Positions 12,101-24,112 are shown, counted from the stretch's first letter. The stretch: DNA of 64,000 nucleotides from Mytilus californianus (GCF_021869535.1 NW_026262679.1:69750001-69814000); one strand, 5' to 3'. Program-made: numbers and translations. Notes: generated from the letters alone by a model not told the origin.

Positions 12101-15100
12101 CTAAAGTTCTGGCTGCATGGAGAGACAAGGTTAAGTCAGATGATGATATCCATCTCGATAGAACTGTTACCCATCCTGTATTAGAGAAAAAGGTCTATGA
12201 CCATTAGTTTCAATACCGTTCATATGAAGAACAAGTAATTTCTAGCTACAAAGTTATGTACCTAGCTGAAATGGTAATTGAGATTGTGATTAAAGCCAAT
12301 TTGAAATAAATATGGTGAATGTTCTAGCAAATAGCATCTTGAATGAAACCCGAGCAAATTTGGTCCTTATCCACTTTATGCAATATTCCAAAGCAGCTGA
12401 AGTTGAATGTTTGAATGATCTTTTAAATTAAAAAAAAATCTACTGCAAGACTTTTAAGGAAAGTCATATTTTTTTTATTCTACTGTTGTATTATGTTATA
12501 TGGATTTGACAAATTCAGCATACAAGGCTATATGATATTAGTATTTTGTTAAACACTTATACTCCTTGTTCATCCATATTTACAAAACCAATGAAAAAAA
12601 AAGAATTTGCAGCATGTAAACTGAATAAGGTTCCAATTACCTGCTCTTACAATTTCTTCGTGGAAACATGGATGAACTGAGAGGTTTCCAAGAGTTTTAG
12701 CAATCTGTCTTCGTATAACAATACTTTTATGTCTTTTGGTGTACGTCTGCTGTAGCAACTGTACACCTCCCATCTTTATTATATTCTGACAACATCTAAA
12801 ATCCTTAAAAAAAAACCAAAAATAATAATGCCCAGTGTTCTATATAGAAAGCTATTTTTTACATTGTTGTTTATCAGAGATTTTCATTTCTTTATCTGCC
12901 TTTTCTAACTTTATGAGTACACAAATATATGGTGATAGAAATGACAAAACTAAAATGATTTACAAGTAGCCTTTTCATATTATTTCAATTCCTGTATAAA
13001 ATAATTATAACTATCATTTGTAATTAAGAAAGGTAATACAGAGCAGCCATTTTTTTCAAAATCTGTAGGAATATTGGTAGCCTTATTGGTTGTACATCAA
13101 TTCAAAATTACATTAAATCATCTGTTCAATCTTCAGTTTTCCGATTGTTTAACAATCACAATGTTTTAGTGTACACTTTTGAAAATACTATCGATATGCC
13201 TTAGATTTTGGCAAGAGAAACTTTCCTGTCATTATAGACTCAGAGTTGCTCAAACATCACCATAGAATATATTCTAAGCAAATCAGTAAGAAGAGCAGCT
13301 TGAGATGAATTAAGATTAAATTTAACACAAATAACTATGTCAAAGCCTTTTATGGAGATAATTTATACAATAAAGTCTTTATAAGATTTACTTCAAGGTT
13401 TGGAAAGAAAGAAGAATTTTCTTATAAATCAATCCCGAAAATTTCATTCATTCTTACATAAGGATACTACTAATAGAAATCATGTTAGATGTTTGGAATT
13501 GCAACGAAAGGAGAAAAAACAAGAAAATATGTAAATAGGATACATTGCCCTACTCAAACTATAACATTTCTACTTTCACAAAATCTGGGTCAAAATTCTA
13601 ATCTGGCAAGATTATGTGGCCATAGGACACCACACCCTCTCACTAACACATTTACATGTTCTGTGATCTGTTAAATAGGAGTGAAACTGTATTTTGGCAT
13701 ATTATCAAAAAAAAAAAAAGATGCTGTTATAATGCACATGAATAAGTACTAAGTTTCAAGTTGATGTGACCCCTTGATGGTAAACGATCTTAACTAAAAA
13801 CTTCAACCTGAGAGCCTAAATGAAGTGCATGTAAGCAAAAAAAGATCCCCATACAGCCTTCAACAATGAGCAAAACCTTTTATACCATATTCAGGGCAAA
13901 TTTAAATTAATTTGGCATATCAATTAAGAAGTTCTCATCATAAGGACTATGTATACAAAGTTTCAAGTTGATGTGACCACAACTTCTAGAAAAACTACCA
14001 TAACCAAAAAAAATGTTTGATAGAGGATGGAAGAATGGACAAACAAAATAACAGACAAACCAGAAAACCTAATTCCCATTGTAAAGGGCCATTAAAAGTT
14101 CACATTGTAATGAACAATTGTACAAAGTTTCAAGTTGATGTGATCACAACTTAATTGTATACTACCTCAACGGAAAACTTAATTGTAAACTACCTCAAAG
14201 GAATACTTAATGGTAAACTACCTCAAAGGAATACTTAATTGTAAACTACCTCAAAGGAATACTTAATTGTAAACTTCCTCAAAGGAATACTGAATTGTAA
14301 ACTACCTCAAAGAAATACTTAATTGTAAACTACCTCAAAGGAATACTTAATTGTTAACTACCTCAAAGGAATACTTAATTGTAAACTACCTCAAAGGAAT
14401 ACTTTAAGCTGATATGAGAGAGACTAATGGAGGGACAGATGTACACATACCAATGTAGACAAGGCATTGAAAATCAACAATAATTCCATGAAATTTAAGG
14501 ATTGAGAAACTCTGATGTAAGGGGTTTTGTGATTCCTTGTTGTTGTTCTATGATTATCTATAACACCATTAAAAATTTCTTCAAAAGTATGCCTTTAAAT
14601 CAGCTGGAAAAACTTTTTTAGCATGAATATAAGTATACTAGTAATGACAAATAAAAACTTGTTTTACAACTCTTACTGCAGAATGACTGGCCAAAGCCTG
14701 TAAACAAACAATCTCTACTCTGTCTTCTGGAACAGAACTGACTGACTTTGCGAATTCTAACCCTGTTCCTCCAAAACTGAATAAACTGTCCTGAAACAAA
14801 AGTCATTTCATCTTATAAAAGACGCACAGTGAACATAAATTGAACCATTGTATTCAGATGGTTATAGGTTATAAAATAAAATGCTTCGCTGAGCTCAGCT
14901 GGATACGACCGCAGAGGTCCAACCCTGAACAGTTGGGGCGAAAATGGACACAATATTCACGCTTGATACAGGTCTGAATTTGGATTGTAATTAAATATTT
15001 GACACATGATAGGTTTCTGACACCGAATAACTGAAGTCAAAGAACTTAGAATTGGTTATATGATTGTAATTTATATTCAATTTTTGCCTTTGTGCAATAC

Positions 15101-18100
15101 ACTATGCTGTTGCGAATTGACCCCCCCCTCCAAAAAAAAACCCAACTTGTTTCCCCCCCCCCCCCCCAACAACAACAACAACAAAAAATTTACCCCCCCC
15201 CCTTTTTTTGCTTTTGTGAAATACACTATGCTGTTGCGTATTGACCCCCCCCTCCAAAAAAAACCCAACTTGTTCCCCCCCCAAAAATATTTGAAGAAAT
15301 TTTCTTCTTAATTTCTGAAATCTGTAATGAAAAAAAAAATTGCCCCCCACAATTTCTTTTTTACCCCCCTCCCTTTTCCAAAAAAAAATTCTTTCCCTCA
15401 AGATATGGTCATAATCTCAATTCAAATTTCCAATGGAGTTTGCAACCATAATTACCAATTTAAATACATCATAAAAGCCTTAAATAGATAATTTAAAAGC
15501 AGTGTAAGGGAGGTAATCCAACATTGTACAACATTCTACAATTTTGTTTTTGAATTACCTCCATTACACTGCTTTTAAATTGTCCATTAACCAGGAAACC
15601 CTTGTTTTTTCCCTTTTTTGCCCCTAATTCCTAAACAGTTCGAGCTATAACCCCCCAAAGCCAATCCTAACCATCCCTTTGTGGTATGGAAACTTGTGGT
15701 ATAATTTCAGAGAGATCCATACACTTAAACACAAGTTATTGTCTGGAAGTTACAAAAATGCTTATTTTTGGCCCCTTTTTGACCCCTTATTCCTTAACTG
15801 TTGGTACCATAACCCCCAAAATCAATCCCAACCTTCCTTTTGTGGTATTGAACCTTATGGTAAAATGTCATAGAGATCCATTCACTTAAACTAAAGTTAT
15901 TGTGCGAAAACCAATGTGTCTTCGGCCGATGACGACGACGACGTCAACATCATACCAATATACGACTGAAAAATTGCTGTCGTATTATTACAGGTTTTAT
16001 AACAAGCGAGGATTAGATATCGCTGGATATCAACTCAATTTATTTAACTGGCCTTTATAACTACAGGCCTCTACAATAACTTTTTTTCCAACTTGTCCAG
16101 TAGGACAAGTACATACCAAAACTTACTTGTCCGAATGAAATTGTAACTTGTCCAACAAACATCTTAATAATAACCTTTTTTGCATTTTAAGTTGATTCAA
16201 GGAACAAAGTGAATTAAAACAATAGAACAGAATTTGATTTATATCTTTTGAAATACCTTTTAAAAATATGAGTCGAGAACAACTGAATCTAGTCATGTCA
16301 CAGGACTTAGGTTCTAGTTTTCGTCAATGCCAAAGTCTCATCAGACTCTACACATGAGGCACCGTCTGATAGGCCTGTCAATTTCCACTCATTGGATTTG
16401 TATCCTGGTTTTTTAAGTTGAAAAAAGTTTATTCAAATTCAATCAATAAAAAAAAGAAGATGAGGTTTGATTGCCAATGAGACAACTCTCTGCAAGAGAC
16501 CAAATGACACAGAAATTAATAACTATAGGTCACCGTATTGCAAGTATTGTTTTTTTCTTCTATATATGATCAAATATGATTTGGGAATTTTATGGTAAAT
16601 AATTTCTTCATTTTTATTTAAAAAATATTTTTGTTAAAAAAATTACGGTATTGTATTTATTATAAAGCAACGGAATAAGGTAGGAAAACGAGGTACTGAT
16701 TTGTCTTGGTCCCGAAATGTCTCCTGTCTCCTGCGTTCCCAAACTGTCTATCAATCATGTCTATTAAATATGTCTCCTACGGTACCAAACTGTCTATTAA
16801 ACTTGGAGCCAAATCGTTTCCGAGCTGGTGACGAACTGTCTTGTAAAGTTACCTATCTACAAAGCGCATCGCTGATTCGGATCAGTAAGACTGGTTTCTG
16901 AGAATAGTATGTCTTTTACCTGTTAAAAAGTACCTGACAAAGAACCAGTTTTAAATTATCGATTTCAAGTAAACATGTCAAATTAGTACTTGTGTTTATC
17001 TTCTTTTCGTGTGTTTTGTTTATAATTACTTTGTTCATCAAAGTTGGATTAAATTTATTTTCTGCATAATAATTTAACTTGTCCCGTCGGACAAGTTTGA
17101 TATAGCTTTTACTTGTCCGACCTTTTTTTCCTCTGGTACCGGACAATCGGACAAGCGTTATTGTCGAGCCCTGAACTATCTAAATTAAGTAAGATTTGAT
17201 ATCAAGCGATATCCATTTCTCAAGAATTGTTTAATCTTATTCTCTTAAGGTAAACATTCTCATTGTGTTAAATAAAAAATTCAACATCAGACATTTTAAA
17301 ACTTTTTGTACACTTCAGAATGTAATAAAATTTGACAAAAAGAAGAATTTCAGGTGAAAAGTATCTCCTTTGCCATGGAGGAAATGTACGTTTTCTTAAC
17401 CTAATTGAAAGTCATCAATGACCTAACGAATAGCCAATGGAAATGTCACGATATCGTTCCATGATGCTGGATAAGCTAATCAAATTCACGCATTTTTAGT
17501 ACATGTATCCTTTTTTTGTATCTGTGCAGTGGCATATGAAAATTATCTCTTCATTTTTGTTTGAATTTCTTTTTTTAAATATGTTGAGAATTACCCTCTC
17601 ATCAGCATTATTGCCAAGCTGCAATGCTTTTGTTGCAAAATGTTTGAGACATTTATCTAAATCTTCGTTCTGTAGTGAGGATATCAAAGTCCTATACTCA
17701 TCTTCTAACCAGACCTGTAAATGACATAAAATAGTATCTTCAATTGGGAAAAAACACATATACACAAAAATGACAAAATACATGATAGAATTTGTCTCAA
17801 ATACTGTAACAACTCTTGATAATACAATTTTTCTGTTATCCATTGTACAAAATTTAGTTTTTCTATCACTTAACATTTTAGAACCACAAATACAAAGTGT
17901 AGTAATAGTTATCTCCCCTACAACTATGAATTACCTTCAATGGTGTAAATGTTTTATGCAATGTTCACATATATTACATGTACAATTACTCCTGTCTCCC
18001 TTCATATCTATCTAAATTCTATACAAACCTTACTTGGTGGTGCTTTTGGCATTGGTAAGAAAAATCTTGGATCTACGTCCTGAGATCTGGCTAGTCCAAT

Positions 18101-21100
18101 CATTGTTCTAGTATCTAAAGCCTGGGCTATATTTCTATACTGGTAGTCTGTTAAAGTAGAAATCTATGTTTAAAATCTAAAACAAACTAATACTTCACAC
18201 TCTTAAAGTATAATATCTAACTTTTGTTAAACATGGGGAATTAATGTTCACAATTTACTACATATTACAACTATATAGGCATTTAATAACCTTAATTTCC
18301 CATTAGGGTGTCACACTGTCAGGTAATGTATGACAGATTGTAATTAGCTTTTCAACAGTATTACTGTATTAACGGTCACTGTAGATTTTGTAAACTATAG
18401 AGTTTCACTTGTAGATTCTATCTGAATTCGTTTGGTCTCAAAAACCTTTTATCATGATTTACGTTAGTGCTGTTTGAGAAATCTTTAAAAAACAAGAAAT
18501 GATTGTAACAGGATGCTGTTACGAAGTCTCCCAAACGAAGCTCCCATAATTCGCAATTCCCAGGGTCGCCTGACATTGGGCAAAGTCCAGTGAAAATTGG
18601 TTTGGTCCAGTAAAGTTATATGCATTAGTGATGCCTAGGGACTAACCCTGTATATCATTCAAATCATCTTGGCATGACAAACCAGAATATATATGGTATA
18701 AGGGTGGGGATCTCGACCATTTACAAGTTACTAGAACATTGGGGGTGGGGGAACCCCTGGGGCCTAACCCCTATACTTCATTCAAATGTTCGAGACATGA
18801 CGAACAGGAATATATATGGTTTAGGGGTGGGGATCTCCACCATTTACAAGATATTAGAACATTGGGGGTGGGGGGAACCCCTGGGGAATTACCATATACG
18901 TCATTCAAATGTTCAAGACATGACGAACAGGAATATATATGGTTTAGGGGTGGGGATCTCGACCATTTACAAGATATTAGAACTTTCTCAAATGGCAGGG
19001 GGTCGGGATGACCCCTGGGGACTAACCCTGTAAATCATTCAAACCATCTTTGCATGACAAACCAGAATATGTATGGTTTAGGGGTGGGGATCTTGAACAC
19101 TTACAAGATATAAGAACTTTCTTAAATGGCAGGGGGTGGAGGTGACCCCTGGGGACTAACACTGTATTTCATTTGATTTGCTTTATAATGACAAACAGGA
19201 ATATATATGGTTTAGGGGTGGGGATCTCGACCATTTACAAGATATTAGAACATTGGGGGTGGGGGGAACCCCTGGGGACTGACCATATACGTCATTCAAA
19301 TGTTCAAGACATGACGAACAGGAATATATATTGTTTAGGGGTGGGGATCTCGACCATTTACAAGATATTAGAACTTTCTCAAATGGCAGGGGGTCGGGAT
19401 GACCCCTGGGGACTAACCCTGTATATCATTCAAACCATCTTAGCATGACAAACCAGAATATATATGGTTTAGGGGTGGGGATCTTGACCACTTACAAGGT
19501 ATTAGAACTTTCTTAAATGGCAGGGGGTGGGGGTGACCCCTGGGGACTAACCCTGTATTTCTTTTAATGTGCTTTATCATTTAGAACATTTTCAATTAAA
19601 TAGATTGTGTCTATCACAAACGGTTTTCAATTTATAATCATTTAAAAATTTTAAAAAATAAAATCCCATAGGGTTCTATAGTAAAACCCTCCTTTCATTT
19701 CGCCCCTCAAAGTACCCCTTTATAAACCCTATTGCACAAACAAAACCCTGATTGCACCACTAGACATGTTAGTCTAACATATTGTGAAACCCTAAGTTAA
19801 TCTGACAAGCGGTTTCGGAGAACGGGTGCGGACATGTTCAAATTTAAATGTGGCGGAAGAGGAAGAATAATAATAATAATAATAAGAACTGAGCAAAAAC
19901 AATAAGTCTTCACAAACTTCGCTTGGGAGACTTAATTATGCAGGCAAATGTAAAAACTATTGCATATTATGATTTTATAAATATCAAACAATGTTTTAAG
20001 TCAGTTGAACTAAAATATCATTACTGTCAAAAAATTTTTAATATTCAAAAGCAAGCACACAGACCACCTTACTTTTCCATAATTTTGATGCATTATACAT
20101 CATTTATTGAAAATAACTATCATATATAAAAATGAAGTTATTTTATTTTGAACTTTAGCAGCAAACATCTGTAAAGTGATGTCATACAGGATTTTCTCTA
20201 ATTTCACCATAACTTTCAGATTCAACACAACAAAGTGAAGTGAATATAAAAAAGAAGATGTGGTGTGATTGCCAATGAGACAACTCTCCACAAGAGACCA
20301 AATGACACAGAAATTAACAACTATAGGTCACCATACGGCCTTCAACAATGAGCAAAGCCCATACCGCACAGTCAGCTATAAAAGGCCCCGAAATGAAGCA
20401 TATTTTAACATGTTTCAGATTAGACGGGATACGCTTAGGTACACCATCCCCCCCCCCCCTTATTTTTTTTCTAATAAAACATGTCCAAATTTTTTTTCAC
20501 TCAGTGAAAGGATTTTTGTTTTGCCTCTCACTAATCTCAAATCCTAGATCCACTACGGCTTAATAAAGTTCCTTTGACGATGAAAATCTTGTTTGGAGTA
20601 GACAGGTATAAAGTTTACATAGGCTAAACAATTCCAATTATTAACTATACGTACTAATGAAAAGAACCCCAGACATTACATATATTATACTTTACTTAGG
20701 TATGACACTTATCAGATATACGTAAAATGCATTTGGAATGGACATTGCCCAGGAATCTATTTAAATTTTATTCATTTTTTAATCTATCTTCTTTTTCCTG
20801 GTAAATGGGAGGTAACCCAAATTTGAAACATTTTTGTGGCCCATTACTTTGAATAAGTTAAACTTATGTCAATTCTTCACTCACTAACATTTTCAATAGT
20901 TCAGTGTACACAGGTTTCTGATCTATGTAGGTTCTGTTAAGACAGGTTTTACTGTAAAATTGTTAAGTCTATACCAGATTTACCTTCCCAATCATGATGT
21001 TTAGATAGCTGTTTTACACCAAGACATCTGAGGCCCTGATCTGATGACCTTGCCAATTTCAGTAGTGATTTAGGATCATCTTTCTTTGTATAAATCCATG

Positions 21101-24100
21101 GTAAATGTTTCACTAAAGAAATAACAAAGGTAATAATTAGAGTCCTTACTGAAGGATGTAAGTGTAAGAAATCCCTCTCTGCCAAATTGGATTGCAGCAA
21201 TTATCTGTTTCTCATTCACAAATATCAAGAGTTATAAGGTACTGTAAAAACCAATTATAACATACTTGTTTAGAAAACATTGCTTTTGCATATGCAATAA
21301 CTGCAGATTTGCCCTAGTCATATTCTTGCCAGGGGCAAATAACTGGTTATTGTGCCCTGTTATGACGTCATAAGCGTTCCTAACAACAATGACGGAAGGG
21401 GGAATGTTGATTAAAATGACAGCAAAATAAAAAACATTAGTACTAAAAGAAAATCTGACATTGACATTATAATATTCAAGGACTAGTTTTGAACGGTTGG
21501 GAGGGGGTTTTGTAATAATGAAGTTATTTCAATGATCTTCAATGGAAACAAAATCTGTATGATCTTCCTACTTTTTTTAATCATTTGTATAATATGTGAT
21601 AAATAGATTATTACATGTCCTTTTCCATATGGGCCCTGGTATCATCCCTTGACCAATATGAGCCATCGGCTAGTAGCGCCTTGGGCTTATATGGGAGTCT
21701 CCGAATGATACCGGGGCAGATATGGAAAAGTACATGTTATAATCCATAAGTATAATCACATTGTAGTGAATTAAACCATTTATCAATTCAGGAAAATGAT
21801 TGCAATTTTATTTGTAAAATCAGGTCAAGTTTTTTCTGATTTTTTTTGGCAAGTTTTCTTAAACTTCTGACTTTGGATGATACACTGTAGTCAGTAAATT
21901 GGTTATTCCTTAAAAAGTTTTTGCTTTGCTCAATGAGCAAAAAGATGACCAGCTTGTGATAATTTGACAGATATTTGACAGTATCAATATATTTTCAAAA
22001 CTAAAGATCCTTAAGCTGAATGTGGTCAAGTTGAGAAGAGGTCATAGAGTCAACAGACTGTCAACAGACACCAAGTGATGTAATAGCTCATACTGACTCT
22101 CCCAGGAAAGTGAGCCAAAATGCAACAGCTGTGTTCCAGCTCTTTACTTAACATCTACCATTATTTATACATAATCCTATTTTTATTACTTTCATTACCT
22201 GACTTCTCGGAGATAAAGTCTTTAATTTTTCTCACACGTGACCTCTTCTTCGTGTCTAAAATAAATAATCAAATTGAAATACAAAATTATATTACTTTCA
22301 TTATGAATTCAAAAAGACAATTCAGTCTTAAGATTTTTGTATTTAATTATGGTATATAAAGAATGCTTTTATAAATGACTAAACTGACTACAACTAGGTT
22401 TAGTGATGCACAGTGCAGCTTTAAAATATGGTATCTCTTCAAATCACTTTGATTATGTGTGCATACAAGATTCTGTCAGTACATATCAATTAATCCGTGT
22501 TTATGAGTAATTTTAAAAGAACATAAAAATGTGGTTGGTAGCACTCGGCTACTGAAATCCAGAAATTATTGGACCTTGCCATTTGTATTGGTAGTTATAC
22601 ACCTGTCATAAAACAGATGAACAGAAAACTTCTTTTCTATCTTCAGGAAAATAACTTAAGGTGAAAAAATTGTTTTACAGAAAATTAAAATGATAAGGGT
22701 GCATCTCTCAAATGCATAAATTGTATAAGGTAATCATGTGACCACTAATTTCTAGCATTGTCTTTTCTTAACATTACCTTGGAAAGATTCTAGTTTCTCA
22801 GGGTCCAAGTAAATATATGTAGATTTATTCTTCTCTGTATCAAACACATCAGTGACTGTTGAAAACTGGTTTCCTAAATATCTAATCTCTAAATATACTA
22901 CAGCTCCACTGAAAATGAGGTAATTCCAAAATTATAATAGGTCATTCCAAACTTATGATTTTCTCATATGTCCTCATTCATCGAACATGAGTTGTCCCAA
23001 ATTTTTAGAAGATTTGTGTTCTTTTTTTCTATTTTTAGGGCGAGATGTGTTGTATTCCAAAAGTGAGATTTAGAAAAATTATAACTACAACATATCTGTT
23101 TAACTATTAGAAAATAACCACAAAATGAGACTATCCTTCATAGATTAAAATTTTGAATTTGAATTTTAAAAAGATGGAAAGCTCAAACCTACAACTACAT
23201 TCAGGGCAAAAATGCAGCTATTATATATAAAAATATATACATGTATATGCATATGAACTTTGAGTACTGGATCAGACCACTGAGAATGACTTTCATTTGT
23301 TTGTTTATCTTTGATGGTATGCAGATGAATATGCCACTCCACCCTGAGCCAACCAATCTTGCCCCTAAATGGTTCCTGCTTAGCACAGAAGTGACAGTAG
23401 AAACTAAACTTTAAGTCAAATTATAAACCTTCACTTGAGGTGATTAATTGACCAAGAAACCACTGAGGCTGATATTTCAACAACTTACCAAATAGCTGAA
23501 ACTGTGAATACACCAACAGAATCTATGAAATAAAAAAATATCTAGAGTAAATCTAATATATTATACCAATTTTAAAGCATAATAATTCATATTTACTCCA
23601 AATATATTACTGTAAAAACATGATTTTTGGTAACTTGAAAAATCTACATATCTGTTGTCTGATTTTTTGCTGTTACATGTATATATCCTTAATAGGGGCT
23701 TTCACTCCTTTTTTCAAGTTATTAATATAAAAAAAAACTCTGTTCTAATGTTGAACATTATCTCAAGTAAAATATAAATACAGATACAGTAGGTAATTTA
23801 TACATACTTCTATTGATTAAATATAAATCTTATGGGAAATTGGATTTCTAATTGTGATATTGTGTTGTGTTGATGAGCAAGCATGTCTTTTCAACTGCCC
23901 ATTAAATCATTAACAAAGGCAACTTATACTATTTTCAAATCATTAAACTGAAGTCTTAAGGAAAAGAACAACTTTCAACTGTATTTAATATTGTTTTAAA
24001 ACTCACACTGTATTTTCCTTGTATGTTTTTTCCTGGTATGATAAAACTGTTTCCTAACAAAAATAGTATACCATCCAGGTCGATATAGCTTGTAAAGTAG

Positions 24101-24112
24101 ATCACTGAACAT
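2958..24112 (-). CDS. SERAC1: Protein SERAC1 (armadillo-like region plus alpha/beta-hydrolase lipase domain), whole gene, 15 coding exons, 1932 nt = 643 aa + stop
   Basis: Exons (minus strand, 5'->3'): 24007-24112, 23489-23522, 22778-22908, 20984-21112, 18029-18147, 17595-17714, 14677-14790, 12641-12803, 12025-12175, 8607-8763, 8058-8158, 7359-7456, 5353-5535, 4378-4524, 2958-3136. All introns are GT-AG and phases join into one open frame. Recognisable SERAC1 motifs: [63 protein letters not shown] (nucleophile elbow), [16 protein letters not shown]. Confidence 0.95.
4378..4524 (-). CDS. SERAC1: SERAC1 exon ([12 protein letters not shown]...LSFGELEKT...LIVPPESS)
   Basis: Inside ORF 4301..4516; TTTATACAG acceptor, G|GTAAGA donor. 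Confidence 0.93.
5353..5535 (-). CDS. SERAC1: SERAC1 exon (GLLIKQIL...[15 protein letters not shown]...VEVKEMGR)
   Basis: Conserved FYSxPHxGS motif; TTTTTCAG acceptor, G|GTACTG donor. Confidence 0.95.
5693..7037. mobile_element. Non-autonomous TIR DNA transposon (CAGTG termini, hAT-like), 1345 bp
   Basis: TIR CAGTGTTCTCCCCAG / CTGGGGAGATCACTG; flanking direct repeat TCATC (5688-5692, 7038-7042). Confidence 0.85.
7359..7456 (-). CDS. SERAC1: SERAC1 exon ([32 protein letters not shown]), carries catalytic Ser
   Basis: GHSMG(G) nucleophile elbow; TTCTTTTAG acceptor, G|GTAAGC donor. Confidence 0.95.
8058..8158 (-). CDS. SERAC1: SERAC1 exon ([33 protein letters not shown])
   Basis: Inside ORF 7994..8182; TTTTCAG acceptor, AA|GTATGG donor. 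Confidence 0.95.
8607..8763 (-). CDS. SERAC1: SERAC1 exon ([23 protein letters not shown]...YTFCWPK)
   Basis: Start of lipase domain (VFVHGL oxyanion-hole strand); TTTTTCAG acceptor, AAG|GTATTA donor. Confidence 0.95.
9194..9382. mobile_element. MITE of the same CAGTG family, 189 bp
   Basis: Perfect 15-bp TIR CAGTGTTCTCCCCAG; TSD CTATAG (9188-9193, 9383-9388); subterminal ATAGCATCACAT repeats shared with the long copy. Confidence 0.9.
11541..11900. mobile_element. Kolobok-like MITE (TTAA TSD, GG...CC termini)
   Basis: TTAA|GGATGTTCGCT ... AGCGAACATCC|TTAA. Confidence 0.85.
12025..12175 (-). CDS. SERAC1: SERAC1 exon (GWVTVLSRW...[11 protein letters not shown]...[11 protein letters not shown])
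   Basis: Conserved AAR-LANLD and DGVY-HP motifs; AA|GTAAGT donor. Confidence 0.93.
12641..12803 (-). CDS. SERAC1: SERAC1 exon ([19 protein letters not shown]...EEIVRA)
   Basis: ARM-like GGxQLLQ motif; T-tract AAG acceptor, G|GTAATT donor. Confidence 0.92.
14151..14402 (+). repeat. 28-bp minisatellite x9 (TTAATTGTAAACTACCTCAAAGGAATAC)
   Basis: Nine head-to-tail units with 0-3 substitutions each. Confidence 0.95.
14677..14790 (-). CDS. SERAC1: SERAC1 exon ([14 protein letters not shown]...[10 protein letters not shown])
   Basis: TTTGTTTCAG acceptor, GCA|GTAAGA donor, phase 0-0; FGG-x-GL motif. Confidence 0.9.
14876..15988 (+). mobile_element. HINE/DINE-like element with internal tandem repeats
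   Basis: 5' GATACGAC sub-TIR and 3' hairpin ATACGAC...GTCGTAT (15960-15985); (GAC)n microsatellite; duplicated internal units at ~15096/15221 and ~15650/15805. Confidence 0.7.
16064..17173. mobile_element. TIR element with CAGG termini and 5-bp TSD (hAT5-like), carrying nested repeat fragments
   Basis: CAGGCCTCTACAATAAC / GTTATTGTCGAGCCCTG; AACTA at 16059-16063 and 17174-17178; subterminal ACTTGTCC/GGACAAGT repeats. Confidence 0.8.
17595..17714 (-). CDS. SERAC1: SERAC1 exon ([31 protein letters not shown]...)
   Basis: Inside ORF 17496..17876; TTTACAG acceptor, AGG|GTAATT donor, phase 0-0. Confidence 0.9.
18029..18147 (-). CDS. SERAC1: SERAC1 exon ([40 protein letters not shown])
   Basis: Strong match to the recalled DYQYRIIAQ...GLARS...RFFL motif; TTTAACAG acceptor, AAG|GTTTGT donor. 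Confidence 0.92.
18491..19936 (+). mobile_element. HINE/DINE-like element carrying a 7-unit G-rich tandem array
   Basis: Starts AACAAG; sub-TIR AAGTCTCCCAAACGAAG (18524) is inverted at the 3' end (CTTCGCTTGGGAGACTT); (AAT)n at ~19866-19884. Confidence 0.75.
18674..19578 (+). repeat. Tandem array, 7 units of 122-135 bp
   Basis: Units start ATGAC(A/G)AAC at about 18674, 18800, 18920, 19053, 19188, 19311 and 19444; explains ORFs 18674.., 18739.., 19173.. Confidence 0.92.
20248..20396. repeat. Dispersed repeat family (AAGATGTGGTATGATTGCCAATGAGACAAC...); other copies ~16450-16537, 38551-38645, 46826-47125, 52078-52460, 54236-54570
   Basis: At least six recognisably homologous copies in this window. 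Confidence 0.85.
20984..21112 (-). CDS. SERAC1: SERAC1 exon (VKHLPW...LSKHHDWE)
   Basis: Polypyrimidine tract TTATTTCTTTAG acceptor, G|GTAAAT donor; lies inside ORF 20949..21200. Confidence 0.85.
21607..21743. mobile_element. Short palindromic (foldback) element; similar elements at 31351-31487, 45836-45996, 49916-50073, 63348-63493
   Basis: Imperfect arms of ~55-75 bp, TTA/ATTA...TAA ends, small GC-rich central hairpin. Confidence 0.7.
22778..22908 (-). CDS. SERAC1: SERAC1 exon ([10 protein letters not shown]...[16 protein letters not shown])
   Basis: TTTTCAG acceptor, G|GTAATG donor, phase 2->1; resembles the EREKMKSYIYV region of vertebrate SERAC1. Confidence 0.85.
23489..23522 (-). CDS. 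SERAC1: SERAC1 micro-exon (34 nt, [12 protein letters not shown])
   Basis: TTTCATAG acceptor, TG|GTAAGT donor, phase 1->2, start of the N-terminal hydrophobic segment. Confidence 0.75.
24007..24112 (-). CDS. SERAC1: SERAC1 coding exon 1 ([35 protein letters not shown]), basic, targeting-peptide-like
   Basis: ATG at 24110-24112; donor T|GTGAGT; phase 1 fits the next exon; acceptor TTTCAG at 24177-24178 implies an untranslated upstream exon. Weakly conserved sequence, so less certain. Confidence 0.7.

Noticed and set aside
14151-14402. Regular 28-bp repeats resembling a CRISPR array
   Set aside because: Head-to-tail with no unique spacers, in a eukaryotic intron, no cas genes.
15060-15401. 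Pro/Gly/Asn-rich ORFs on both strands
   Set aside because: Translations of C-run and A-run low-complexity sequence inside a HINE-like element.
18674-19448. Repetitive ORFs ([15 protein letters not shown]...)
   Set aside because: Artefacts of the 122-135-bp tandem array.
21113-21200. 5' extension of ORF 20949..21200 as SERAC1 coding sequence
   Set aside because: A strong acceptor at 21113-4 fits the phase of the upstream exon; the extension is intronic.
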